From the human T2T-CHM13v2.0 reference genome, Homo sapiens, in NCBI RefSeq assembly GCF_009914755.1, contig NC_060928.1: DNA of 64,000 nucleotides, one strand, 5' to 3'. Position numbers and translations under genes: made by a program. This document shows positions 1-12,794 of this stretch, one piece after another. A model generated the notes under the pieces. That model had not been told where the DNA came from and ran no database searches. It saw nothing but the letters and a program-made list of their open reading frames with translations. Each line of letters begins with the position of its first letter. Position 1 is the first letter of the stretch.

Positions 1-227
1 TTGCAACCCCTGCCTTGTTTTGTTTTCCATTTGCTTGGTTGATCTTCCTCCATCCCTTTAATTTTGAGCCGATATGTGTCTCTGCATGTGAGATGGGTCT
101 CCTGAATACAGCACACTGATGGGTCTTGATTCTTTATCCAATTTACCAGTCTGTGCATTTTAATTGGAGCATTTAGCCCATTTACATTTAAGTTTAGTAT
201 TGTTATGTGTGAATTTGATCCTGTCAT
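1..227 (-). pseudogene. L1 ORF2 N-terminus (endonuclease), frameshifted
   Basis: ATG at 227 gives MTGSNSHITILNLNVNGLNAPIK..., with a 1-nt insertion near position 60 (AAAATTAAAGGG). Confidence 0.9.
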
Positions 228-290
228 TATGATGTTAGCTGGTGATTTTGCTCATTAGTTGATGCAGTTTCTTCCTAGCCTTGATGGTCT

Positions 291-1308
291 TTGCAATTTG
301 ACATGTTTTTGCAGTGGCTGGTACTGGATATTCCTTTCCATGTTTAGTCCTTCCCTCAGGAGCTCTTTTAAGGCAGGCCTGGTGGTGACAAAATCTCTCA
401 GCATTTGCTTGTCTGTGAAGTATTTTGTTTCTCCTTCACTTATGAAGCTTAGTTTGGCTGGATATGAAATTCTGGGTTGAAAATTCTTTTCTTTAAGAAT
501 GTTGAATATTGGCCCCCACTCTCTTCTGGCTTGTAGAGTTTCTGCCAAGAGATCAGCTGTTAGTCTGATGGGCTTCCCTTTGTGGGTAACCCAACCTTTC
601 TCTCTGGCTGCCCTTAACATTTTTTCCTTCATTTCAACTTTAGTGAATCTGACAATTATGTGTGTTGGAGTTGCTCTTCTCAAGGATTATCTTTGTGGCG
701 TTCTCTGTATTTCCTGAATTTGAATATTGGCCTGCCTTGCTAGATTGGGGAAGTTCTCCTGGATAGTATCCTGCAGAGTGTTTTCCAACTTGATTCCATT
801 CTCCCCGTCACTTTCAAGTACACCAATTAGACGTATATTTGGTCTTTTCACATAGTCCCATATTTCTTGGAGGCTTTGTTCATTTCTTTTTATTCTTTTT
901 TCTCTAAACTTCTCTTCACACTTCATTTCATTCATTTCATCTTCCATCGCTGATACCCTTTCTTCCAGTTCATTGCGTCAGTTACTGAGGCTTGTGCATT
1001 CATCACATAGTTCTTGTGCCATGGTTTTCAGCTCCTTCAGGTACTTTAAGGACTTCTCTGCATTGGTTATTCTAGTTATCCATTCATCTAATTTTTTTTC
1101 AAAGTTTTTAACTTCTTTGCCATTGGTTCGAACTTCCTCCTTTAACTTGGAGTAGTTTGATCTTCTGAAGCCTTCCTCTCTCAACTCGTCAAAGTCATTC
1201 TCCATCCAGCTTTGCTCCATTGCTGGTGAGGAGCTGCATTCCTTTGGAAGAGGAGAGGCACTCTGATTTTTAGAGTTTCCGGTTTTTCTGCTCTGTTTTT
1301 TTCCCCAT
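291..1308 (-). pseudogene. Disabled L1 ORF1
   Basis: ORF-track pieces 978-1220, 687-947 and 255-683 are ORF1p segments in one frame, separated by stops. An extra A follows ATGGGG (A7 rather than A6), giving a frameshift. The canonical stop at 291-293 reads CAA. Confidence 0.93.
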
Positions 1309-2474
1309 CTTTGTGGTTTTAGCTACCTTTGGTCTTTGATGATGGTGACGTACAGATGGGTTTTTGGTGTGGATGTCTTTTTTGTTTGTTAGTTTTCCTT
1401 CTAACAGTCAGGACCCTCAGCTGCAGGTCTGTTGGAGTTTACTAGAGGTCCACTCCAGACCCTGTCTGCCTGGGTATCAGCAGTGGTGGCTGCAGAACAG
1501 TGGATATTGGTGAACTGCAAATGCTGCTGCCTGATTGTTCCTCTGGAAGTTTTCTCTCAGAGGAGTACCCGGCCGTGTGAGGTGTCAGTCCGCCCCTACT
1601 GGGGGATGCCTCTCAGTTAGGCTACTCGGGGGTCAGGGATCCACTTGAGGAGGCAGTCTGCCCATTCTCAGATCTCAAGCTGCGTGCTGGGAGAACCACT
1701 ACTCTCTTCAAAGCTGTCAGACAGGGACATTTAAGTCTGCAGAGGTCATTGCTATCTTTTGTTTGTCTGTGCCCTGCCCCCAGAGGTGGAGCCTACAGAA
1801 TCAGGCAGGCCTCCTTGAGCTGTGGTGGGCTCCACCCCGTTTGAGCTTCCGTTTTGTTTATCTACTCAAGCCTGAGCAATGGTGGGTGCCCCTCCCCCAG
1901 CCTTGCTGCCGCCTTGCAGTTAGATCTCAGAGCTGTGCTAGCAATGAGTGAGGCTCCCTGGGCATAGGACCCTCTGAGCCAGGTGCAGGATGTAATCTCC
2001 TGGTGTGCCGTTTGTTAAGCCCATTGGAAAAGCACAGTATTAGGGTGGGAGTGACCCAATTTTCCAGGTGCCGTCTGTCACCCCTTTCTTTGACTAGGAA
2101 AGGGAATTCCCTGACCCCTTGTGCTTCCTGGGTGAGACGATGGGATGCCTTGCCCTGCTTTAGCTCACACACGGTGCGCTGCACCCACTCTCCTGCACCC
2201 TGTTTCCGGCACTCCCCAGTGAGATGAACCTGGTACCTCAATTAGAAATGCAGAAATCACCCATTTTCTGCATTGCTCATGCTGGGAGCTGTAGACTGGA
2301 GTTGTTCCTATTCAGCCATCTTGGCTCCACCCAAAACATGTTTTTCAAAAGTCAAAAGCATAGCTAAGAACACTGCTCAGACGTATAATCAAAGGTCTTA
2401 TTTAGGACAGGAACTAAAGTCTTTTATTGTGACTGTGTGCATTGTCCACAGAATTGGTTAGTAATCTCTCCAGG

Positions 2475-2476
2475 AA

Positions 2477-2531
<55 letters not shown>
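2475..2531. repeat. Poly(A) followed by (TA)n microsatellite
   Basis: Seen directly. Confidence 0.95.
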
Positions 2532-3149
2532 CAGGGTTATCAGAGAACAAAGATGGTCTACTTTTGCTTTCCACATTCAGGAAGGTAAAATAATTTCTTA
2601 AATTTCTTTAGCCTTAAATTTCTTCAGGCATTTCTAATTTTTTGTGAAATGAACATTTGTTAGAAGGAGAGTGTGTGTTTGTGTGTGTGCATTGTGTGTG
2701 TGTGTGGTTAGTTTAAAAGATCTTCAGAGGAGAAGAAATAATTTACCCCATAACCTTTTAAAATGGGAAATAACTTTGACTTTCTTTATGTAGATTAATC
2801 TCTATGTGGCTGTCAGAGGATACTATTTAAGTAGAAGACAAGAAAAAGAGGTTAGAAACCCATTTCACTCTTTCTCAGAATAGCAATAGAGAGAAGAAAA
2901 TACCAGGACAGTTCTCACCAGTCTCTTCTTCCTGATACAGGAGAAAATCTCAGTTTAAAGCAGAATGGATTTTAATCCTTTCTTAATTTCATTTGTGGCC
3001 AAGAAAATTTAACAAAGTCTTTAAAAATGTACACATGACATGGTCTATGAGAGAGATACAGACATAAATACAACTCTTATTCTAAATGGCACAATCATAA
3101 CTGTTATTTTAAACACCCAACTGTCTGTATTCTTAGAGTCAGAGACAAG

Positions 3150-3368
3150 GCATTGTGCATAGCTGTGGGTGGGACTCTGAGCTTCTAAAACAGTTTCATT
3201 ACCCACCACTGGTATGAACTATCAGCAAATTACCTAATCTTTCTCAACTTCATTTCCTTATCTGTAAAGTGTAGATAATGGTACCTGTCTCAAAGGGTTG
3301 TTTTTAAGTGCTTATTGCAATGCCTGATACTTACTAAGAGCTCAATGAATGTTAGCCATTATTATTAC
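3150..3368 (+). mobile_element. MIR SINE
   Basis: Core-like TTTCCTTATCTGTAAAGTG and 3' end CTCAATGAATGTTAGCCATTATTATT. Confidence 0.75.
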
Positions 3369-4059
3369 CTAAAAGTCACTCCAGAATCGAGAAGAGACAT
3401 ATCAAAAATAAGCATCCGTATGAGCCCCAAATGCAATCTTAGGATATGGAAGAAAATTAAAGAAATGCGCATGAATTGGTGAGTAATTGGTCAAATTCTT
3501 TTTCAAGTCCTATTTTGACACTGCAGAGGCTCCTCTTTTCAATTTATTCTTCTCAATGAAAAATCTACTGAGAAAAATTTTTATCAGAGATTTTATTTCT
3601 TTGATGCCCTGAGTAGGAGGAATTGACAAAGCATAAAACAACTGAGAGCTGTCTGCTTCATTATTATTAATGAATTAGCCCTTAAACAACCCAGGATTAC
3701 AAAACAACCACCACTAACTGGAGACTGGTTAATTACCAAAACCCACACAGAATTAGCTTCTTATTTACTTAAAATTGGGTATGGTTTCAGAATAAAAGTA
3801 ATATCCAAATGCAACAAGACTGTAGGAAAAAGGCCTGGCATATAGAGGGTGACAAACAACTATCATTACATGACAGTCAGGAAAAATGGAGGTGGAGAGA
3901 GAGGAAGGTAGGGGGAAGACAGGAGAGAGAGAGGAAAAAAGAGAGAAAAGGAGGGCTGACTCCTGTTCTCCAGAGACAGGGGATGGCCATAGCCAATCTT
4001 ATTCTTTCTTGCTCATTCCAAACCTCACCTTTTCCATCCTCCCCACTTTCACACTCCCA

Positions 4060-4061
<2 letters not shown>

Positions 4062-4099
<38 letters not shown>

Positions 4100-4101
4100 A
4101 C
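4062..4101. repeat. (CA)n microsatellite
   Basis: Seen directly. Confidence 0.95.
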
Positions 4102-4439
4102 TTCAGTCCAGAAACAGTCTTGTCTTAAATTCATGAGACTCATCTTGAACTGAATCCTGGATATGTAAATCACCTTTATACAAGCCATTCAAGTTTCTAC
4201 CTTTGAACTCGAATTGCTCTGCCAAAACTAACTTATTCTGTAGCAAAGATCCAAATTCATCTCTCCAACAAGCAGCCCTGACTTAACAATGGCCCATTTA
4301 TACAAATGGCTGTCATTACTCTCATCCTACCTTGTACTTTACTGGAACATAAAAACCGTCCAGAAAACACGTATATGCTCATAAAGAACCTGTTCGTTTG
4401 GAAGAGAGGAGAGAAAGAAGTTATAAAAATGTACAGCTT

Positions 4440-4784
<345 letters not shown>

Positions 4785-4931
4785 CTAGGTGAGATTAACT
4801 GGCCTGAGCCAGCCTTCTTATGTCCAGCATTGTTACTAAACCAGCCAATTTGCTTATATTCTTACCTTGTTCCTTTGTCTAAAATTCTATAAATAAGATA
4901 TTCATCTTGGTTATCTGGGTTATCAAGCATT

Positions 4932-5075
4932 CTTAGCAATGCAAATGCTTCCCAAAAGGTTAATGGGCTTTCAATCGTGAACACATTTGTTTTGAATTAA
5001 CTCAGTCAGATGGCTTTCCTCCTAACTTCTGGAAAGCATTTGAATTAAAAAGAGTTTTGATTCTGGAGAAAATAT
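4932..5075 (+). repeat. Diverged direct repeat, copy 1 (partner at 6944-7084)
   Basis: Alignable by eye over ~140 bp at roughly 80-85% identity. Contains ATGCAAAT at 4939-4946. Confidence 0.85.
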
Positions 5076-5911
5076 GAAGGCAATATAGAGGTATTGAGAA
5101 CTTTGTTATTGATCTATCTATTCATTCATTCAGACATATTAAATGCTTCTAGGTGCCAGGTCCTGTTCCAGGCAGGAGCACTTAGTGGCTAAGGTGGTCA
5201 TAGGAGTTGAGGGGTGGGGGTGTTTAATATGCCACAGTGGAGGCCTGAGGGCACAATGAGAGCACCAGAAGCTGTAATGAGAATTCCTGGGAGGTCAAAA
5301 ATATATTAAATTAAGGCAACAGAAGGAAATAGAAGGTTAACAGTGACAAATTTTATCTACTTGAAAAGTTTGTGTCATATTTTCCTGCATCAAAGAAAGA
5401 GAAAAAAATACATTTTTCTTCCTGCCCTGAATAACCCACTGTTTCTAGGATACAAAACATAATAGAAATAGTTTCATAATTTACCCATCTTCTTGGTCTT
5501 ATGATAAGAATTTATTCTGGGTGGAAAACAGAAACTATTGATTTTATACCCTTTTAAAAGTGTTTTAAATTTTATTTACTTCCATTTAAAACAACCCTAC
5601 AGTTAAGTTATACTACTCCAAAACCATTATGATCATGAAGTCTTCCTGATACCTGTATTGGTAATGACCTCAGAAATTATTTAAGGAAGTGAAGCTGTAT
5701 CTCAAATGCCAAAACACTCTAGAATCCCATTTATAAATTATTAGACTTATTATGTTGTTTTTATTACTGACTCATTCTCAGGTGTCACTTCTTGTGCTCT
5801 ACCTCTGGCTCTTCTTGTGCACGTACCTCTAGCCACCTCCTGTCTAACTTGCTATTCTACTTCACTTAATCAAGACTGTGTGAACTGTGTGTGAAATAAG
5901 GGTGAATAGAA

Positions 5912-6050
5912 GCGGGCGCAGTGGCTCATGTCTGTAATCTCAGCACTTTTGGAGGCCGAGGCATGCAGATCACTTGAGGCCAGGAGTTCAAGACCAGGTT
6001 AAGCAACATGGCAAAACCCTATCTCTATTTAAAAAAAAATTATAAAAAGT
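5912..6050 (+). mobile_element. Alu left monomer (FLAM_C-like)
   Basis: Single Alu arm ending in an A-rich tail. Confidence 0.85.
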
Positions 6051-6302
6051 AAATAGGAAGCCTGAAAAAATCTGTAAAAAAAAAAAAATTTATGAGTTTC
6101 GATGCATCAACTTTGTGACATTTATTTTAATGTTTAGAGGTTTTCATACATAACTTTTCTGCTTTGTTCTGGGTAACGGAGGATTTCAGGTAAATAACCT
6201 CCAATTAAAGAGAAATTGTGATATTGCAATTTGCCATAACATGATCAGAAGAAAAGCTCACAATGGAACAACAAATCCGTTTATGCAGCGATCAAGATAT
6301 AG

Positions 6303-6598
<296 letters not shown>

Positions 6599-6943
6599 AG
6601 TTTTCTTTTTAAAATAACTTCTTACCTGCATCTACCTTTGCTGTAGTCTCAGTCTCACATTCATGAATGACAATTGACCTATAGGAATAGGCATCCACGG
6701 TTAGATCAAAGGACAAAATACAGTCTTCCACTCATGGGTGGAAAAAAGCCAACACTTATGCTTGGTGTTATATTTGAGGTATGCAGAGAAAAGTTTTATT
6801 TCTCTAAAATATGTTTCTTACCTAATAGCTAATTCTTTGAAAAAGCCCTGGCTTAAAGCCTCTTATTCTTGTTATTAGGCAAATATTCTTGGAATACTTC
6901 TGTTTTTCAAATTAAAAAGTACAATAGTCTCTTTAGGAGTCTC

Positions 6944-7084
6944 CTTAGCAATGCAAATGCATCCCAAAAGGTAATAAGCTTTCAGTCATAAACATAATCA
7001 TTTTGAATTAGCTCAATCAGATAGCTTTCCTACTAACCTCTGGAAAGTCTTTGAATTAAAGGGATTTTTCATTCTACAAAATAC
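6944..7084 (+). repeat. Diverged direct repeat, copy 2
   Basis: Matches 4932-5075. ATGCAAAT at 6951-6958. Confidence 0.85.
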
Positions 7085-7130
7085 ATATTCTTCAATAAAT
7101 AATTGAACGCTTCCTCCTGTGTGAGAATTC

Positions 7131-7588
7131 TGTAAACTGTCTACCAAATCCTTCTCCCCTTCTTACATAGAAATAAAATTGTAGCAAACCATTGGCTGGC
7201 TAGGTAGACTGCATTTCCCACTGGCTAGATAGACTACCTCTCTTGTAGTTGAGTGTGGCTATGTGACATGGCGAACGGAAGTGATATTCTCTTTCCTGGC
7301 CAATGTCTTAAGACAGCAGGAGTATCTTCTGCACACTCCCTTCCCTCTTCTTTCAGAAAGCAAACAAGACACAGTGGAGACCCACCACATATAAAACCCT
7401 ACCCTAGGGAATGAAGAAAAGCAAAGTTGAAAATACTTGGGTTCCTGAATATCCTTGTGGAGCCAAGCTACCTAGCAAACCAGCTGCACTACAGTCTTAC
7501 ATGGAAATGAACTAAACATCTATCTCATTTGGGCTATTGTATTTTAAGATATCTTTGTTGAGGCAGTTTAGATTTATTCCAGTATACA
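7131..7588 (+). mobile_element. Old MaLR LTR (MLT1H/J-like)
   Basis: GACTGCATTTCCCA, GGCTATGTGAC and a typical MLT1 3' end ...CTTTGTTGAGGCAG...TATACA. Confidence 0.65.
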
Positions 7589-7729
7589 TAGAAGCTATGA
7601 TATGCCCTTCTGGCAAGTGAAGAAAATTCCTGATTCTCAATACATTGATGTCTAAGTTTTAAGGAGGTGTGACTGCCTGGGTTATTTTTGTTTCAATTTC
7701 TAGTGGAAGTCTTTGATATTAAAGAAACT

Positions 7730-8404
7730 CCTCCACCTGTGCTCTGAGCCCAAACCACCTCTCAGAGGCAGCTGTACGGTTTATTCCTTTCTCTTCTGTT
7801 GCTTTAGCTTCTCCCTAACTCCTTCCTCTCAACATTTAAACATCCTAACACAATATTAAAACTAATCCTCTCTCAACTCCATGGCCTCCACCATCTGCAA
7901 CTCTATCTATCTTTCTTCTTTCTTTCATTGCCAAACCTTTTCAAAATATTGTATAAACTCTCTTTGCTTCTCCAACTTTTACTCAAGCATATTATCTGAC
8001 ATCCAGCCCCATGAACATCTTGAGACTACAATTGTTATTGTCTTGATTTTATGGCCATCCCCTATCTTGAACACTTTACCTCACCATCTGTGACTCCCAC
8101 TGTCCTCATTTCCTCTGCTTCTCTACCTCCTTCTTCACAGGCTCCTAGCAGATCTCTTTTCCTTTGACTGTCCTTAAATGCTAGGATAACTCAGCATTGT
8201 GTCCTGGGTCCTCTCCTCATTCATCACTTTATACTTGCCCATGCTTGATACTTTTTTCTCTTGTGATTCTCAAATAAGTAGCTCCAGCCCAGGCCTCTCT
8301 CCTCAACTTCTGGCCCTTAATGCAACTATTGCCTGCCCCTCTCTCCATAAAAGTTTGCTCCTTTCTAATATTCTGTATATCCAAAATATCCACCCAGTTT
8401 CCTG
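7730..8404 (+). mobile_element. L2 remnant (continues at ~9530-9725 and ~9997-10060)
   Basis: Pyrimidine-rich L2-like phrases such as TGTCCTGGGTCCTCTCCTC and CTCCAGCCCAGGCCTCTCTCCT. Confidence 0.6.
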
Positions 8405-8413
8405 ACAACCAAT

Positions 8414-9220
8414 TGAGAGACAGGACTAGCTGGATTTCCTAGGCTGACTAAGAATTCCTAACCCTAGCTGGGGAAGGTGACCGCACCTACCTTTAAACAC
8501 AGGGTTTGTAACTCAGCTCACACCCAACCAATCAGGTAGTAAAGAGGGCTCACTAAAATACAAATTAGGCTAAAGCAGGAGGTAAAAAAATAGTCAAATC
8601 ATATATCGCCTGAGAGCACAGGGGCAGGGACAATGATTGGGATATAAACCCAAGCATTCAAGCAGGGAGCGGCAACCCCCTTTGGGTCCCCTCCCAAAGC
8701 TCTGTTTTCACTCTATTAAATTGTATGAGAGCTCTGTTTTCACTCTATTAAATCTTGCAAATGCACACTCTTCTGGTCCGTGTTTGTTATGGCTCGAGCT
8801 GAGCTTTTGCTCACCATCCACCACTGCTGTTCTCTGCCGTCCCAGACTCGCTGTTGACTTCCACCTCTCCAGATCCGGCAGGGTGTCCACTGTGCTCCTG
8901 ATCCAGAGAGGCGCCCATTGCTGCTCCCGATTGGGCTAAAGGCTCGCCATTGTTCCTGCATGGCTAAGTGCCCAGGTTCATCCTAATTGAGCTGAACACT
9001 AGTTGCTGGGTTCCACAGTTCTCTTCTGTAACCCACAGCTTCTAATAGAGCTATAACACTCACCGCATGGCCCAAGGTTCCATTCCTTGGAATCCTTGAG
9101 GCCAAGAACCCCAGGTCAGAGAACAAAAGGCTTGCTGCCATTTGGGGAGTGGCCCGCCCCCATCTTGGGAGCGGTCCGCCATATCTTGGGAGCTCTAAGA
9201 ACAAAGACCCACCCGTAATA
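8414..9220 (+). mobile_element. HERV-W solo LTR (LTR17)
   Basis: Starts TGAGAGACAGGACTAGCTGGATTTCCTAGG. CCAAT near 8528, GATATAAA at 8641, ATTAAA poly(A) signal. 4-bp TSD CAAT at 8410-8413 and 9221-9224. Confidence 0.95.
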
Positions 9221-9309
9221 CAATGCACCAAGCACTGAATCTGCTAATTAATTTCTACTCTGCTTACTTATTTTCCTCTCCAAAAATACTCTCTTAGTTC
9301 AGCCAGTCC

Positions 9310-9530
9310 ATTATAGTGATTAAGTCAAATTGCTCACGTTTAAAGCTAACTTTGTGATACTGGGCACATTTCTTAACCTCTCTATACCCCAGTTTCTTCA
9401 TCTGTAATGTGGGGATAAGTATAGAATCTACCACATAATGTAAGTTTAAATGAGTTATCACACATATAAACACCTAGAGAAGTGTCTGTCACTTTTTAAG
9501 TGCTAGTTAAGCATTAGCCATCATCATCAC
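9310..9530 (+). mobile_element. MIR SINE
   Basis: CTTAACCTCTCTATACCCCAGTTTCTTCATCTGTAATGTGGGGATAA core. Confidence 0.8.
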
Positions 9531-9730
9531 TTGTGAGATTATTACAGTAACCTCTTAATTCATCTTTCTTAACAATTATTTCTCCCTCACCAACACTAAC
9601 CTTAACACGAAATTTCTTCTTACCCTTCCAGTGCTTTCCTGTTGACTTAGTTTACGATGCTAATTCCTTAACATAACTTAAAAGATCTTTCATGATCTGA
9701 CTCTCTGACCCTGCTCCCCACATTAGCCTC

Positions 9731-9997
9731 TTTTTTTATTTTTGAGACAGTCTTGCTCTGTTGCCCAGGCTGGAGTGAAGTGGCACGATCTTGGCTCACT
9801 GCAACCTCTGCCTCCGGGTTCAAGCAACTCTCGTGCCTCAGCCTCCTAAGTAGCTGGGATTACAGGCATGTGTCACCACAACTGGCTAATTTTTGTACTT
9901 TTAGGAGGATTGTGGATTGTGTATCATCATGTTGACCAGGATGGTCTCCAACTCCTGGCCTCAAGTGATCCATCCACCTCGGCCTCCTAAAGTGCTT
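9731..9997 (-). mobile_element. AluS/J, 5'-truncated
   Basis: Alu reverse complement ending at ...CCTAAAGTGCT. Confidence 0.9.
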
Positions 9998-10921
9998 CTT
10001 ACATTCTGTGCTCTCACCATTTTGGCCCCATTCAGGCTCCTGTAACACCCTGTACTTTCTAAGTTATAACATTTAACATTAAATGCTGCCCACTTATTTT
10101 CTCTCCATTCCTCATATGAGTTAACCACGAAATAAATGCATTTCTAAGTTGTTTAAGAAATGCCTTTCCAACAATGTAGTGCTTGCTCCTATTGCCTTTT
10201 GCATTTTAACAGAATTGATTCCCAACTATCGCCTCATTGGTCCTTTGATGTTGATGAGCCAAGAACAGTCCTTGCTCTCTGCATTTAGAAACTTCTATTT
10301 ATGTTGTGATATTCTCTGAGAGTAACACTTGCATTTGAATGATGGATCTTATACTCCTGGTTCTTTCTGCAGCAGCTCAAACAAAAGATCACTTTCTATT
10401 CTACATTTAGAAACAATTCCAAGGATAGAGTGTGCTTGCATTAGCAAACTCTGAGATAACCATTATCCTAACCTGATTGGTCTGAGGATATTGTGTATGT
10501 ATATGTGGCAGGAGGAAGAGATATTTGAGCTATAAACCCCAAGTCATTATTCCTCTCTCTGACCTCCAAAGTGTAGAGAAAACTCTGGGATCAAATTTCT
10601 AAGAGTTAGTGCCCTCCCCAGGCTTCCATCATCATCAAGATGACTGGGAAAGGGTTTGGTCAGGCTGCTTAACAGCCACATTCTCCTTTCCTCTGCCACA
10701 TTTCAGGCTAATCATTGTGCCTTTATAGATTCACTTGCCCTTTGGTACCTCTATATTTTACCTCAAAACCCTCCTCTTCTGCCACTGACTGCTCATAATG
10801 CTTTGAGTTTCAATTCCAATAATACAAACTTTCCATAATGTTCATTTGAAGTAATATTTGTATGCAGCTTTAGAGTTTGCAAATAATTTCTATATGTCTT
10901 ACCTCATATAATATAAGATGC

Positions 10922-11014
10922 TACACAGTGTAGTGGTCAAGAGAGCATACTCTGGGGCCAGCCTCCCTGAGTTCATATTCCTTGCTCTGTCCTTTACTAG
11001 TTGTGTGACCTTGA
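10922..11014 (+). mobile_element. MIR 5' half (truncated)
   Basis: GTGTAGTGGTCAAGAG...TTACTAGTTGTGTGACCTTG. Confidence 0.8.
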
Positions 11015-11016
11015 CC

Positions 11017-12794
11017 ATGGAAGTGACTTTGGAACTGGGTAACTGGCAGAGATTGAAACACTTTAGGGGGCTCAGAAGAAGGCAGGAAGATGTGGGGAAG
11101 TTTAGAACTTCTTAGAGACTTGTTAAAAGGTTTTGGCCAAAATGCTGATAGTGATATGGACAATGAAGTCAAGACTGAGGTGGTCTCAGATGGAGATGAG
11201 GAACTTGGGAACTGGAGCAAAGGGCACTCTTGCTATGCTTTAGCAAAGAGACTGGTGACATTTTGCCCCTGCCCTAGAGCACTATGGAACTTTGAACTTG
11301 AGAGACATGATTAAGGGTATCTGGCAGAAGAAATTTGTAACCAGCAAAGCATTCAAGAGGTGACAGAGTATAAAAGTTTAGAAAATTTGTAGGCTGACCA
11401 TTTGGTAAAAAGGAAACCCATTTTCTGAGGAGAAATTCAAGCCAGCTGGGGAAAATGTCTCCAGGGCATGTCATAAACCTTCATGGCAGCCCCTTCCATC
11501 ACGGGACTGGAGGTCTTGGAGGGAAAAAATGGTTTCATGGGCTGGACCCAGGGCCCCACTGCTATGTGCAGCCTTTAGACTTGGGGCTTTGCATCCTAGC
11601 CAATGCAGCTCCAGCTATAGCTAAAAGGGGCCAATGTATAGCTCAGGTCATTGCTTCAGAGGGTACAAGCCCCAAGCCTTGGCTGTTTACATGTGGTGTT
11701 GGTCCTGTAGGTGCACAGAAGTCAAGAATTGAGGTTTGGTAACTTCTGCCTAGATTTCAGAGGATGTATGGAAGTGCCAGGCAGAAGTCTACTGAAGGGG
11801 CAGAGCCCTGATGAAGAACCTCTGCTAGGGTAGTACAAAGGGGAAATATGGGGTTGGAGCCCCCACACAGAGTCCCTACAAGGGGCACTGCCTAATGGAG
11901 CTGTGAGAAGAGGGCCACAGTCCTCCAGACCCCAGAATGGTAGATCCACCAACAGCTTGCACCATGCACCTAGAAAAGCTGCAGGCACTCAACACCAGCC
12001 CATGAAGGCAGCCAAGGGGGGTTGTACCCTGCATAACCACAGGGATGGAGCTACCCAAGGCTATGGGAGGCCACCTCTTGCATCACTGTGACCTGGATGT
12101 GAGACATGGAGACAAAGAAGACCATTTTGGAGCTTTAAGATTTAATGACTGCCCTATTGGATTTTGGACTTGCATGGAACCTGTAGCCCCTTTGTGTTGG
12201 CCAATTTCTCCCATTTGGAATGGGAGCATTTATCCAATGTCTGTACCCTCATTGTATCTTGGAAGTAATAAATATGCTTTTGATTTTCAGGCTCATAAGC
12301 GGAAGGGACTTGCCTTGTCCCAGATGCGACTTTGGACTTGGAATTTTGAGTTAATGCCGGAATGAGTTAAGACTTTGAGAGATTGTTGGAAAAACATGAT
12401 TGGTTTTGAAATGTATAAAGGACATGAGATTTGGGAGCGTCCTGGAGCAGAATAATATGGCTTGGATCTGTGTCCCCAACCCCCAAATCTCATCTCAAAT
12501 TATAATCCCCACCATTGAGGGAAGGACCTGTAATTCCCACTTGTCAAGGGAGGGAGGTGATTGGGTCATAGAGGAGGTTTCCCCCATGCTCTTCTCATGA
12601 AAGTGAGTGACTTCTCATGAGATATGATGGTTTTATAAGTGTTTGGCAGTTCTTCCTTCACTCCTCTCTCTCCCTCCTGCCATAATGTAAGACATGCCTT
12701 GCTTCCCCTTCACCTTCAGCCATTATTGTAAGTTTCCTGAGGCCTCCCCAGCCATTTACCTAGTCTTTATAGTAGTGTGAAACAGACTAATATA
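11017..12794 (+). mobile_element. THE1D-like MaLR: internal region 11017-12452 plus 3' LTR 12453-12794; no 5' LTR
   Basis: THE1-int phrases GACTTTGGAACTGGGTAAC and GAACTTTGAACTTGAGAGA. LTR reads TAATATGGCTTGG...GACTAATATA. Confidence 0.9.

Larger units (their letters stand above)
1..2332 (-). mobile_element. LINE-1 (L1PA, probably L1PA4-6) 5' portion: complete 5'UTR, ORF1, start of ORF2; continues beyond the left edge
   Basis: Reverse complement begins GGGTGGAGCCAAGATGGCTGAATAGGAACA (L1 5' end with YY1 box). The 5'UTR is ~1024 bp, and ORF1p and ORF2p peptides are recognisable. Confidence 0.97.

Noticed and set aside
255-1220. Three ORFs resembling a protein-coding gene
   Set aside because: They are fragments of a disabled L1 ORF1 with stops and a frameshift.
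3809-4153. 114-aa ORF
   Set aside because: Kept open by GA-rich and (CA)n low-complexity sequence.
8637-9231. ORFs in HERV-W sequence (possible syncytin-like gene)
   Set aside because: They lie wholly within the solo LTR; no env sequence is present.
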